A stretch of DNA of 64,000 bases. Origin: Octopus bimaculoides. Lineage: Eukaryota. A program made the translations under genes and the position numbers. A model generated the notes under the pieces. It was not told the origin of the DNA, did no database searches, and saw nothing but the letters and a program-made list of their open reading frames with translations. Location: positions 53,838,713 through 53,902,712 of the forward strand of contig NC_068998.1 of assembly GCF_001194135.2 (NCBI RefSeq). The letters are read 5' to 3'. Of this stretch, positions 35,319 through 49,782 are shown piece by piece (the first letter of the stretch is position 1; each line of letters opens with the position of its first letter).

Positions 35319-35514
35319 AGGCCCGAAATTTTTGGGTGAGGGGGCCAGTTGATTAGATCGATTCCAGTACACAACTGATACTTGATACTTAATTTATCGA
35401 CTCCGAAAGGATGAAAGGCAAAGTCGATCTCAGTGGAATTTGAACTCAGAGACAGACGAAATACTGCTAAGAATTTCGCCCGGCGTGCTAACGATTCTGC
35501 CAGCTCGCCGCCTT
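35319..35514 (-). mobile_element. SINE family A, near full length
   Basis: Ends in gtgctaacgattctgccagctcgccgcctt, the reverse of the head; core gaaaggatgaaaggcaaagtcga. Confidence 0.92.
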
Positions 35515-36247
35515 GTCACGAGAAGCGTATTGCAGGGAAAATATGTTGAAGAAACAAACGAAAAGCGAAATTGTTTATTGAAGGTTATCCCAAGTTTCAA
35601 TTTTCTCCTTTTCCGTATTTTGCTTGTTTTCTTTCTAACACACACATAAACAAATGTCATGATTGATCTGCAATTTTTTTATGTTGGAATTATGAAATAA
35701 AAGAAGACCAAAACGGAGATAAGCAAGTCCTAAAGTGTATCAAAGTTCGACATTTCAATCGCTTGGTATTTTACTGTTTGATAAAATTCAATAGTTAAAC
35801 AATAAAAACAGTGATGTAATCGATAAACTATTTAAGCTTTCGCTCATGTCTCCGTTATCGTATCCTTCCAATAAACTACTATTATTTTTTATTCGTGTAA
35901 TATGCACTCCTATATCTTGCTTGTCTTTGTCATTTTGACATAGAATGAAAGAAAAGAATTAAATTTGCTTTTCAAATAAATTCCGTTTTAAAACTGTAGA
36001 TATGTATTTTAAAGAATATTTTTTTTATCTTATTTACTGCGAAAATAGTTATTCTGACGTAACATAATAAAAACACAATTGCAATGTTTCTGGAATAAGC
36101 TTTTTAAAATGGCAAATAAATATTTTAAGGCCAAGATATTTCCCACCAAAACATTTCAAACTTCGGTATAAGGCCTTTCAAAAGATTAATATTAAAAATA
36201 TTGGATCTTGTTTCGTTTGGTCTCCTTGTGTTCGGGCTAATGATCCA

Positions 36248-36350
<103 letters not shown>

Positions 36351-37418
36351 TTAGGTTTTCAAGTATCCTTAGACAGATTCATAAATAAAAGTGCAATATT
36401 TCTGTAGTCAACTGAACATCAGTAAAACTTGTAATATGTTTGCATTCGGATCGTCCCTCCCCGAAATTTCAGGGCTTGTGCTTACAGTAGAAGGAATCAT
36501 CACTAGTCAATAAGTTAAGTAACCATCTGCACGATCGATTGCTTGATTAATCGCTAGGTCAGTCAAACAATCAGGATTCTCAAAGTCCAATCGTTGCTAT
36601 TGGCAACTAAATCAATGACCTGCTCTCTCTACAGGAAACTCCGCTTATTAATAATAAATATGAAAAAATAAATTTACGTGAGAGGATTAGCTGAGAGATT
36701 TCATTACCTTCTCGGGAGTAAAAAAGATGATTGAGAAACTGATTGCGTTAACTTGCGTCACGATTCTAATTCTTTTAATTCTTCATACCAGAAATATGTA
36801 CTATCGGATATTGATACGTTGATTATATTTACCGAAGGATCGATACTGAAAGGTTATGAAATTCTTCTCTCCGGGAATCTGGTAATATTAATTATGAGAT
36901 TTTTTGATTGAGAGGGATACTTTTTACTGACTCAACCTTTGGTTTGCTGCCGTTTGCAATATTCTTAAGTACGTTTCGAGAAGTCCACAAGAATAAGGGG
37001 TGTTATGCATTTTTGATGCAGTGGAGAATGAAAAACAGAATAAATACTGAGCAAAATGGCTAGAGGAGACGGATTAATTGTAGGTAATTACTGTTTTAAA
37101 GGAAACTTGTAAATCAATTTAGTTTAATTGTCTCTGTCAGTTACAATTCGATATAGGCTGCTTAAAGCTGCCCCTTTATATCTACCATTTAAACTTATCA
37201 TTGAATTAAACTGACAAATCAACTGCTGTACAACCTCTTTGCCCACGTGAGATTACAACTAATGAAAATATAAACCAAACTGATATATGTACACACACAC
37301 ACACGCACACGTATATATACGTACGTGCATATATCCATACATATTTATTATACATTACAACCATACACTCCGACATATACACCCATATACATATATTAGT
37401 GTGTGGGGGTGTTCGTGC

Positions 37419-37464
<46 letters not shown>

Positions 37465-37763
37465 ATGTGTGTGTCTAACTCAATCTTTTACAGATACAGT
37501 TCTATAGAATTCAATTAATTTATCTCTATTTGCGACTTGTGGCACTTTAGATCAACTTGTACATGTGCATAGGTAACCCACACATGTCTGCGAAGTATTT
37601 ATACAAATAGAAAAACATACAAACAAACACACAAGCATACACACATTTCATGGCATTTTGTATACCTACATACAAATATATATGTATATACACTTATGTC
37701 CATATATATATATATATATATGTGTATGTGCGTGTTTGTGTATGGGCATAAATATATATATAT

Positions 37764-37832
<69 letters not shown>

Positions 37833-38411
37833 GGGGCATGAATATATATATATATATATATAGGGGCATGAATATATATATATGCGGATATGTATGTACA
37901 TAAGTGTCCATGTACGTGTGTGTGCGTGTGTGTGCGTGTGTGTGTATGTCTATGTGTGTGTGTATGTGTGTCGGTTTGTGCGTGTCTCGGTGTGGATATT
38001 TCAGACTGCCTCAAGATATTTTTGCGATAATCTTCAGTCTCCATTATCATTTACTTTCCATGTTCTACTTTGACGTAAAGGAAAATATCTCGACATTTGT
38101 AGTTTCTTTCTTTTGTTTCACCTTCAGTCCAAATTTGGAAATATATTTTTCTGTCTAATTGTGCTGCATTTTGGAAGACCATTTTTCCTTGTTGTCCGTT
38201 ACTTTTGCTTATCTTTATTTCATTTTCGAAATCCTGCCCTGTCCGCCGTCTGCTTTGCCATGTCTGGCAGTTTAAACCAAAATAGATCTTATATTACTTA
38301 CAGCCCACGATTGGTGAAAACGAGACTTACCGAACAAGATACTAAGCTATATGCTGTATATCGCGTTATGCACTTTCATCTATATCTCTCTCTTTTCATT
38401 TGTTTCTCATT

Positions 38412-38467
<56 letters not shown>

Positions 38468-38953
38468 TTCTCTCTCTCCCTCTTCCTATCGAAGAATGCC
38501 TCGAAAAATGTCTAAGAGAGCAGTAAGTTCTCATTAATCTCTCATTGCAAAAAGGCTAAGACAATTAACCGAGGACTTGTTTGACAATATGAAAAAAATT
38601 GGGTTCGTTTTCGAATCTTAGCCTAGCTATTCTGTAGTTGTCCGCCAAACTTTTAATATAGGCGAACGCTAAAATATTACAACAAAAATTATCCAATAAC
38701 GTCGGAAATACAAACAAGAAATGAAATGGAATAAACAGTAACAAAAGCTTTGGCCATAACAAAGTAATACTCATTAAAAGTTCCTTCAATCTGCCACATT
38801 TTTTTCATTTCTAATATTAATAATATCCAAATTCCTCACAACGTGTGCAAACACGATCACCGAAATACGGTTCATATCAACAATAGACCGTCTCTGTCTC
38901 CGTCCATTAAACACAAGAAATTTCAATAATACCCGTACTGTTCAGCCGAAGGC

Positions 38954-39165
38954 GGAGGCGCGTCGCTTGGTGGCGAAGGTGTTGTACTCATGATCGTAAG
39001 ATTGTGGTTTTGGTTCCTCGACCGAGCGACGTGTTGTGTTCTTGAGCAAAACCTTTCATTTCACTATGCCCCAGTCCACTCAGCTGGGGTGGGGGGATAT
39101 ATACGCCATAGAAATCGGAAAACCGGCCCTGTGAGCCTATATATGACTCATGAAGGAACTTTACT
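38954..39165 (+). mobile_element. SINE family B
   Basis: ggaggcgcgtcgcttggtgg...ggttcctcg...gtgttcttgagcaaaacc...ccagtccactcagctg. Confidence 0.8.
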
Positions 39166-39668
39166 TTTCTTATTATCCAACCGAAGCGTAATAAACGGGA
39201 AATACGTCCTTTGAGTTTACTGTACGATCAGTTACGCGAACAAAAATCGCAGCCATCAGAAACGAACGGACTGGGTCGTCCCTACAAAAACGATGACAAT
39301 CGAAATAAGGGGCCCGATGTTTCAGCTCACGTCTTGCTTGTACTATAGTAGTAGTATGGGCATGCGCTGTAACATAGTATCGCTGCATCCATCATTTCTT
39401 GGCAATTCCCTCCTCCTGGCGCGTGGCACATTTTGACCAGTCGAACAACAAACATCCAGTGCATGGGTCTGTTTAGGAGAGTCGTTGTTGGTCGGAGTGA
39501 AAATTGCCTTTTTCGACACGTAGACGAAACGGCTCTATTCCTTGGCATTTGATTTAACCTACTTGTATTGGGCCAATGAATTCTTATTTTGGCGGAATTG
39601 TTTACATAAAAATCGTTGCTTTGGCTATATATATATATATGTGCTTGTGTGTGTGTTTGTGTGTGTGT

Positions 39669-39719
<51 letters not shown>

Positions 39720-39935
39720 TGTGTGTGTGTGTGTTTNNNNNNNNNNNNNNNNNNNNNNNNNNNNNNNNNNNNNNNNNNNNNNNNNNNNNNNNNNNNNNNN
39801 NNNNNNNNNNNNNNNNNNNNNNNNNNNNNNNNNNNNNNNNNNNNNNNNNNNNNNNNNNNNCTCTTTTTCTCTCCCTCTCTTTCTCTCCCTCTCTCTCTCT
39901 CATATATTTATATATATTTATTTGCATAGACTTGT

Positions 39936-39986
<51 letters not shown>

Positions 39987-40028
39987 TATATATGCGTATA
40001 CACATGTACACACATACACACACATAAA

Positions 40029-40061
<33 letters not shown>

Positions 40062-41040
40062 CACACATATATATATATATATAGATATAGATATATATAT
40101 ATATATGCATATATGCATGTATATGTGTTGAGAAATGTTCAATGTTGTATACAGTAGTAATATACATATATACGTATATATAATATATATATAGATATGT
40201 GTGTATACATATATAAACACACACACATACACACACATAAATATATGTATATATACAACTACTGTATACCAAATTGCCTTGGCTTGTTACATATCTTCAA
40301 GAAAGGTCGCATTTAATTTTTCTATCTCTCACCTTTGAAGAAACTGAAAGATTTAGGACTGAGGCAACAATGGAGGCAGTTATCCTTGTCAGAACTCGCG
40401 CTAAGACCACAGTTTTAATCCTCTTTTACTCTGTTGTGTTGTTTATTCATTAATTTACCATTCCACTACTAATCTCACATAACCTTTCAAGAATACAGAA
40501 TATATTTATCAGTTTTATTGTTCTGAAATGTTTGGATCCTTTCCGATAAAATAACGTGTTTACAGCCCTAAAATACGAAATGGAAAGAATATTTTGTTTT
40601 ACAACTCCATTAAATATAATACCGCCTTGAAATTTGAATTTTATATCCAGAAATATAATCTGATGTAAAAATAGACTTAGAATCAACAGAATACATAGGG
40701 CAGAAAAAGAAACTGTTATTCCTACGAGTTTAAAAAATTAGGAAAATAAGCAACAGGAAACGGTATTTTTATATTCAGAAATTTGAAAACAGAATCCGAG
40801 AAAATTACTATTTCTAAATCTCACAACGTGAGATATTCAGCAACAGTACTTGGCAAACAATCTTTACTACAGAATCCGAGAAGTTTCATGAAATAAGTTG
40901 AAGGTAAAGTGAAGAATTATATTATATGACAATAGATAATTTAAAATTTAAAGACAGAGACGTGGTAGGAGTATCTAAAGGATAAGGCCTAGGTACGAAA
41001 TAGAATATTGTAGCATATTCTAAGGTATTATTTGTGTGCG

Positions 41041-41502
41041 ACTTATTCTACCGTTTCCTTTTCGTCGAACGGCTAAAATTACAGGAATGTAAACAAACCA
41101 ATCCCGCGTGTCGAGTGAGGAGTACAAACACAGTGATATCCACACATACCAGCACACACATTCACATATATGTATACAGATATATATATATATANNNNNN
41201 NNNNNNNNNNNNNNNNNNNNNNNNNNNNNNNNNNNNNNNNNNNNNNNNNNNNNNNNNNNNNNNNNNNNNNNNNNNNNNNNNNNNNNNNNNNNNNNNNNNN
41301 NNNNNNNNNNNNNNNNNNNNNNNNNNNNNNNNNNNNNNNNNNNNNNNNNNNNNNNNNNNNNNNNNNNNNNNNNNNNNNNNATATATATATATATATATAT
41401 ACGATGAGTTTCCTCACCGTTTCCGCCTGGCAGTTCAAACCGTGTAATGAGACCACGTGGTTGCCATACAATTTTCTCAGCCACACAGCCATGTTTGCGC
41501 CT
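41041..41502 (-). mobile_element. SINE family C spanning an internal (TA)n and an N-gap
   Basis: 3' part acttattctaccg...aaacaaaccaa, internal microsatellite, and reversed head cacagccatgtttgcgcct. Confidence 0.65.
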
Positions 41503-43123
41503 GTGTTTTTAATAACTGTAAATTTCCGTTGATCTTCTCAAAATATCTTATGTTATGTTGATTTATTTATTGATTACGTCTCCAGCATTTTTATTTTGAA
41601 TTCATATTTCTCTAGAGATTTTAAGATCATATTCTTCTTGAATTTTATGCTTTCTATATAACTATTTACTCATGGACGGACGGACAGACGGTTTTGTGTC
41701 CCTGTTTGGGAGCTCTCTACATTTTAGGGATTTATCCCCTGCTGAATCTTGTTTTCCAAAAGGAATTTGTCGTTTTCTTTTTTATTTTTCTCCCTTATTT
41801 CAACATCTAATTAACCTTTACCTCAAGCGCTCTGACATCCCGCTTAGCTTTGATTTATCTCTTATATTTCCTCCGTAGCCCTTTTCTCATACCTAGTTAC
41901 CCGATCTCCTTAGGGATCTGTTTTCATGCTATATATTTTACTGGTTTATAGTAAGTCTTTCAATTTTGATACGTTTTATCTCCTCTAGCTTGTTCTTAGT
42001 CCAATTTATCGTCTAAGACACTGTCTTCGTTGTTATTAAGTACGCATTATTGCTTGACACAAGACAACCAATTCTCAGAATCCTTAGAGTATCAATCAAA
42101 CAACTTTTCAAAATTTCTTCTGGTTCTTATTGTTCTAAGTTCAGTTCTTAGTGAGATTAATTTTCCCTTTCATTCTTTCTGCGTCGATAAACTAAATCTG
42201 CAATTCACTCGCCGCAATCCGTAAAAACGTTGAATTTCTACCAAACTTTGATGTCATTATTTTTACTCGGCATTTTAAAATTTTGTGCTGTCTATTCCTT
42301 GCTGAAATTTAGTTCGTATTTGTAGAATTTATTGTTGCCTTTATATTCTGTTCCATTGTGGTCAGTGTTTATATGATGTTTCGTTGTATTCTGGCTTTTT
42401 CTCTCTGTTCTTTTTTGTTTTGACATTTCTTTTTGTACATTTTCTGTTCAGTTCAGCTGATTCAGTTGTTACTTTTAATGTATCTTTTGCACGCTAGATA
42501 ATTCAATATTACTCCGTGGGCGAATCTTGGGATTGGTTTTTTTCACCACATTTGGTAAATCGATTCCTGGGGAATTCAGTTTAGTAATAAATTCTAAACA
42601 CATGGCTCTGGTCTATGTCTGTCTAACAGATTTCTTTCTGTTGTTTTTATCTTAACTTCCCAAGATGAGATCTTACATTGAATGTAGTTCCGTTTGGTTA
42701 AGTCGCATCACCAAATTATTTCTCTGTTTATTTTTCGATTCTAAAGATTTGTAGAATTACGACGCCATAAATACTTGGTACCACGATTGGTCTAGAATGT
42801 TTACACTCCTTAACTATATCGTTACAACTAGACCGGAAATGTCAAAACCATTTCTATGTGACAAGTCGCTATTATATCTCAGTTATTAAGAGTGACTAAT
42901 ATCAAATGAATGTGCTGTGTAAAGGGTAACTGGCAATGAACTTAACGCTGAAATTAACACGGAATATGTATCTTATTGACAATTTTATAAATAATTATTT
43001 TATTTAACTCGAACGATTTATTTATGATTTTTCTTCGAAGAAGCTGAATATTTCTCATATAAGTATTACAACCACAAACGAAGTTTTCTGGAAATTAACT
43101 GTTTTTCATCTTTTCGCCTCTTA

Positions 43124-43275
43124 TCCTTTACTTTTAGTCATTGGACGATGGCCACGCATTGGCACCGTCTTGAAAGGTTTCAACCCCGGTACTGATTTTA
43201 AGTTTGGCACATATTCTATTGGTCATTTGAGCCGAACCGCTAAGTTACAGTAAGGATGTAGACAAACCAACACAA
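43124..43275 (-). mobile_element. SINE family C 3' part
   Basis: tttagtcattggac...gccgaaccgctaagttac...acaaaccaacac. Confidence 0.7.
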
Positions 43276-45004
43276 CACACATATTTATACAAATAACTAA
43301 ATGAGACTGGGGTGACTATTTCCATAGTAACCAAAGATGCTGCGAATGCGCACAAGGAGGAGAAGGAGATACGAGAAAGATAATCTTCTACTATAATAAT
43401 ACTCCCGTGTTTTTCTCCGTCACAATATATGAATGAGAAAGGAAGGGGTGATAAATGAATAAGGAAGGAAGGGGTGATGGTAAACTGGCAGTGGAAGCGT
43501 TTCAACTGTGTATGGAGTGTAATGTAAACTTTCGTTCTTGAATTTTTTAAACTAATCAATGTGTTTTAAACAATGTTTTGACTGTTACTTCTAGCAGCTC
43601 CTGTTGGTTTGTTTGTTCGTAGCTATTAAATATTTAATTTGCTCGTGTATATTTTAATGTTTTGACTATTATTTTTGGGCAATGTCTAGACATGCCGATG
43701 CTCCTCACACCGCCACCCCTGATGATAGAAGAGGCAGCGAATGCGCTGTTTTATGATTGGCTGAAAATTCTGAAAATTATCAAAATTTGTACACCTGTAA
43801 CATTTACGCAAAATTTTTCTGGAATAAATGAATAACAAATTCGGTTTCAGCGTCAAAATTTACACCTATATGATACGGTAAAACAATTTTTTGAAAGATA
43901 AAATATAAACAGAAGAAAACCACAAAGATTCGCCTTTGTTTATTCTTTATAACAAACAACCTCAGGGTCCAGGTTTGAAAGATAATCATTTAATCAACCC
44001 CCGCCTGAATAGGAACAAATGTCTACCCCGGTAGAATTAGAACTCAATGTATTAAAACGACAAATTCTGTAATTATAAACCAGCGCACAATTATAAAATA
44101 ATTTATTAGAATACAAATTATATAATAAATAATAATCTTATAAAACATTATATAAGTATATATACATGTAACACTATATAAATATATACACACATATATA
44201 TATATATATATATGCATATATGTCAAAATTGCATTTCCATCTAATTATGTCTAAAATTTATAACTTTATCTGAATTATTATCTCATTTATTACTCTTGTT
44301 AATCATTATATTGCAATCATTAATAATGCATTTATTTGCCATTCTGTGGGGAAACATTCTATTAACTACTAGTATATTTCTCAAAGTTTGGTTAATATCT
44401 CCAACGGAAATTGAGAAATGATAAATGAACTCTCGCAAAAATATCTATTATACTGGAATACTATTATTATTTAAATGAACATTAACAATTTAAATTTTAT
44501 GAACGCATTTCTTGTAATACAAATTCTAAAGTAAGACTTGTCAATTATTTCACATCTCCAGTATTAATTGATAAATATCATTCTTAACATTATCCTTTCT
44601 TCTATTTCAATAACGTAAATATTTTTATTCAATCTTATATCTTTAAGAGCGATGGATTGGACGAATCGTTAGACCAACGAACTAAGTATCTTGCAGTATT
44701 TTCACCTTTGCTTGTATTTTTTATAGTTTTCCTTTTATTACTTAAAACATAATAATTTTGGGATACTTTTGTAATACCGCAGTTATATACGTACCAAATA
44801 TACAGTCTATTATCAAGTTTTAATTAGAAAGCAGGAATCAGCTCTCTTGGCAAATATTAACAAAGAAAAAGTCGCGAAGAAGCGTCTGGTAGCTTATATT
44901 GCAAAGAAGAAATTATTTAAATACTGTAGAGTTTTTTTCCAGATCCAAGATGGTATTTTCACGAAATATATTCCTAAATATAATTTTTTTTTATTCAGTT
45001 TTTA

Positions 45005-45210
45005 AGGCGGGAAACTGGAAGAGTCGTCAGCACACGGTCAAAACCCTTCAGTGGCATTTCATCCGACTTTGCGTTCTGAATTCCACCGAGGTCGACGTGG
45101 CTATTCATTCTTTCGGGGTCGATAGAATAAGTACCAGAAGAGCAGTGGAGTCAATCTATACCTCACAATTCCATACCCGCTGGCTTTGTGCCAAAGTTTC
45201 AAACGAATAT
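45005..45210 (+). mobile_element. SINE family A, diverged
   Basis: aaggcgg..., ttccaccgaggtcgac, ttctttcggggtcgatagaataagtaccag and tail gctggctttgtgccaaagtttcaaa. Confidence 0.8.
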
Positions 45211-45273
45211 TTTATTTTTAAATGCCCGACTATACCACCTAATGTAACGGTAAATTTCCATACAAGTTCACTG

Positions 45274-45315
45274 CATATTTACTAACTTCTCCTCATATTT
45301 ACTAACTTCTCCTCA
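45274..45315. repeat. Exact 20-bp tandem duplication
   Basis: catatttactaacttctcct occurs twice. Confidence 0.9.
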
Positions 45316-45485
45316 GCCGTTGTTGATGCCCATAAACGTGCCCAGCGTTGTATGAGTGGCCAGCAGTAAATGTATTTATCTATAAAGATGAATAAATAAC
45401 TACAAATAAAATATATTTTCATGACGAATTCCTATTTTATTAATATATTGATATTTTGTACATACACAAACACACAATGACACAC

Positions 45486-45564
<79 letters not shown>

Positions 45565-46249
45565 NNNNNNNNNNNNNNNNNNNNNNNNNNNNNNNNNNNN
45601 NNNNNNNNNNNNNNNNNNNNNNNNNNNNNNNNNNNNNNNNNNNNNNNNNNNNNNNNNNNTATATATACATGTATATATATAGATATACCTGTTGTGTATA
45701 TTTTCGAATGAATTTATTTTCGTCAGCACATTGACTGCATATTTTTATCATTAGATTTTTCATATTATTTCAAAAAAATACTTTTCTGCTGCCAGCCTTT
45801 GCAAGTCTTGCAATTTAGTTCGGGTTTTTGGATAGAATATTCTATGAGAATATTCTACGTTAATATTTCTACAGTAGGCCATCTTCATTATCTCATATTG
45901 AAATTTTCTTTTATTATGTACTATATTATTGAATATTTTGGGCCTCTCTACATATGTTTATCTCTAAAGAATTTGTAGTCAAGTTACTGTATTTCTATCC
46001 ATTTAGTTCTAGCTATGAAACTCACAAAAGACATACAAAACAAGCACACATAGAATTATACAAATACGGACACATACACATGCATACATACATACATACA
46101 CTTATCGGTTACAAAACTGCTCCATCACACTTCACCTGGGGCTACACATACAAACATAATGTGTGTGCGCGCGCGAGCGCTTAAATATATAAATGCATAA
46201 ATATATAAATGAAGACGCATACACAGACACAGACATACGTACACACACG

Positions 46250-46301
<52 letters not shown>

Positions 46302-46331
46302 CATGTATATTTACATACGTATCTATGTATG

Positions 46332-46362
<31 letters not shown>

Positions 46363-46767
46363 GTACGGAGTTGACAAATGAGATTGAGAGAACCTCTACA
46401 CAAAAAACAGTTTGAGCGCCCAAAAGATTTGAACTTACACTCCGAAGTCTTTACCGACAACCAAGTCAGCAGGGTAACGAGTGGAGAATTCGAGGGAAGC
46501 AAGTATAGTTTCTCCACTCTAATTCTTTGAGCCTATGTAATCTGAGTGAGTTTGCTCTATCAATATATTACTATATATATATATATACTAATAGTAATAG
46601 TATGACAAGATAAGAATGAATGAGACCTCGATGTTATGTAACCAGAGGAATTTATCTGTAATATAATATGTGACAATTATTCGGTTGTCATAATAAAACT
46701 CCGATTTTCGGATGTCGGGGCGGAAAACTGCTCCGGCATCTCGTCAAAAAATGCTATGAAAATGACC

Positions 46768-46804
<37 letters not shown>

Positions 46805-47013
46805 CTTTTGTGTATCAAACCCAAGTATTTTTCGAAGTAGTGTTCAAATCCTGCTCTGATAGAGTATATCGTTCACCCCACCCCACCCCGCGGTCACCTA
46901 TGGTCGGTAACTGTATTAAAAACGCATCGAAGCGTGCGTATCTATCTGTCTATCAGTCGATCTATTTACCTCTCTATCTATCTATCTGTCTATCCACCTA
47001 CCTATCTATTTAG

Positions 47014-47059
<46 letters not shown>

Positions 47060-48179
47060 AAAATTTACTTGGAAATGGATGCGTGGCGTTCAATCAAATA
47101 ATAATAATAATAATGAAGGCAATGACCTTGCTTGTTTTTACAGCTTCACATAGAATATCGGTTGTTTGCATTCTGAGTTCAAATGACACCCACATCAGTA
47201 TTGCCTTTCCTCCTTTGGCGATCGATAAAGTACTGCGCTCGATTTTCCTCTTATTACCTTTCTTTTTCTTTTGTTTTCTCGTCTAGATATTATTTGTTTT
47301 CTTTTCTCGTCGAGATATTATCAATGGCTTATCGCTAATCGGTTACCCTTAATATAAAAAAAAAACATGCTACATGCTTTTCTCCACAGAGACCAAACAG
47401 CTTCTTCCTAATCTCCTCATCTACAGGTAAAACAATTTTACATTTAACATCAGCAAAATATCACGTCATTCATATTGAAGAGTCTCTCAATTTCAAAACA
47501 CATACAAGTAATTTATTGAAACAAATTCCCGTACTCTTGATATGTTAAATAGAATTTCTTACTTTCTTCCCGAAAATGTTAGAATCACTCTTTATTATTT
47601 TTTAATAATATTCAAAATTCTCTTACTGTCTTGATGCCTGAGAAAATTGCACATTCGCTTACTTAACCATGCCATTCATAAATCATGGAAGACTCTCAAA
47701 ATAAACAATCCTCAATCAAAATTATTTTCATTTAATAATATATATATATATACAACTCTGCCATCCAGTTCCACAAATTATTTCATCATTACCGCCATAT
47801 TTATTTCTATGAAATTATCCGTCGCCATTCTCTCCCTCACGACCACCAAAAAAGACGTATCGCTGACTCGAATTTTGAAATGCCCTTTTGTTGATTATCA
47901 ATTTGTCAAAAAAACTTTATTTATAACTGTATTAACATGTGGAATGATACTTTACCACGAAAGCTAAAAAGCATTTTTTCGCTGCCAAATTTCAAAAAAT
48001 ATTAAAAACCCACCTTCTGCTGAACTAAACTCATTTATAAAATTTATTCTATAGACCTACAGTACTTATAACGTTTGTAATATTTCATATTAAAGAGATT
48101 TACTTTTTATATACGTTTTTGACCGCCTTGCTAGCATGCAAAGGATGTTTCTCTTTTTTAAAAAATAATTATTGACCTA

Positions 48180-48251
48180 TCCAATTTTTTCTCTTTACCC
48201 CCCACCCACTTCACCTCCAATTTTTTCTCTTTACCCCCCACCCACTTCACC
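48180..48251. repeat. Exact 36-bp tandem duplication
   Basis: tccaattttttctctttaccccccacccacttcacc occurs twice. Confidence 0.92.
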
Positions 48252-49745
48252 AGACCAGCCAAGCTGCCAAAGAGCTTAAACCGATTTTTTTAATGCAATT
48301 TCTGAAAAAAAAGTTTTTGTAATCTTTCTTATTGTTTGTAATCGCTAAAACAAATATTCGATGTAAATTGGATTAATAAATTTATTTATTCATTTATTTA
48401 TTTATTATTATTTATTTTTAAAACAATGTGTCATCCAGGTAACGCAGTGGCACAATGATTTCCGCCTCAGAGTTACGTTAAGATATGTATATCTGTAAAT
48501 AATTCCGCCATTTCTATATACCTGCTTTATATATCTACTCATCGCTGATCCGGCTAATCCATCAGGTTAAGAAAATCCAATGCATTAAGCTAAATTTCTT
48601 AAATTTCAATGTTGTGGGTAACAAGAATATTAATATGGCAAATAAAAACATGTGCCAAAGCAGAAAAAAAATATTTTCTTAATATTTCAAGATAGTAATG
48701 TAGTTTTATATTCATAGAATACGCTGTGAGGGAATGGTGTACGAAGAAAGTTTTCTCTTCATCGATTGAGACATAAATAATTTTGTCTCTCCTCCATAGT
48801 ATCAGACTTCTCAACCATTTCTAAAGATTTTTTTTTTACCGAAGACGTCCACTACTAATATTCAAAGACATTTGCACTTATTTACCAAAATAAAGCTTCT
48901 TTGCTAAAACAAAAATGGAACATTTGATTGCAATAATATTCTCATCACTTACCCACTTCCCTGAAATCTAATAAAACTAAACGAAGTATTATGGCTTATA
49001 TTAGTTTTTATCTTTTGCCATTTCTCAGACCAAACTTCAGTGGAAGATTTAATGATATTGTCTTTTGTGGTTTTAGTGCGAAAAAAAGATTTACTCTCTC
49101 GTTATTTCTTTCTTTCCTTACAGAGATAACATGTAAATCTTTTTTTCGTTTTATCAACAAGTCTATCTTCATAAAGAAAAAAAAAATCCTATTTCAGCAT
49201 CAGTTGAATTCTATTAAAACTTTATCTTATTCAACCTGTCAAAATTCCTTTATATTCAAATCTCCTCTGTCTTCTATCATCTATCTGTTTTTTCATTCTC
49301 CATTTCTTTTTTCCAGTGTATATATANNNNNNNNNNNNNNNNNNNNNNNNNNNNNNNNNNNNNNNNNNNNNNNNNNNNNNNNNNNNNNNNNNNNNNNNNN
49401 NNNNNNNNNNNNNNNNNNNNNNNNNNNNNNNNNNNNNNNNNNNNNNNNNNNNNNNNNNNNNNNNNNNNNNNNNNNNNNNNNNNNNNNNNNNNNNNNNNNN
49501 NNNNNNNNNNNNNNNNNNNNNNNNNNNNNNNNNNNNNNNNNNNNNNNNNNNNNNNNNNNNNNNNNNNNNNNNNNNNNNNNNNNNNNNNNNNNNNNNNNNN
49601 NNNNNNNNNNNNNNNNNNNNNNNNNNNNNNNNNNNNNNNNNNNNNNNNNNNNNNNNNNNNNNNNNNNNNNNNNNNNNNNNNNNNNNNNNNNNNNNNNNNN
49701 NNNNNNNNNNNNNNNNNNNNNNNNNNNNNNNNNNNNNNNNNNNNN

Positions 49746-49782
<37 letters not shown>

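Noticed and set aside
39170-39560. GC-richer patch with a faint Tc1-like peptide on the minus strand (TAHAHTTTIVQA)
   Set aside because: No catalytic motif can be recovered with confidence.
46479-46519. 10-bp perfect stem (gagtggagaa/ttctccactc) with a 21-nt loop
   Set aside because: Too short for a pre-miRNA; a few stems of this size are expected in 64 kb.
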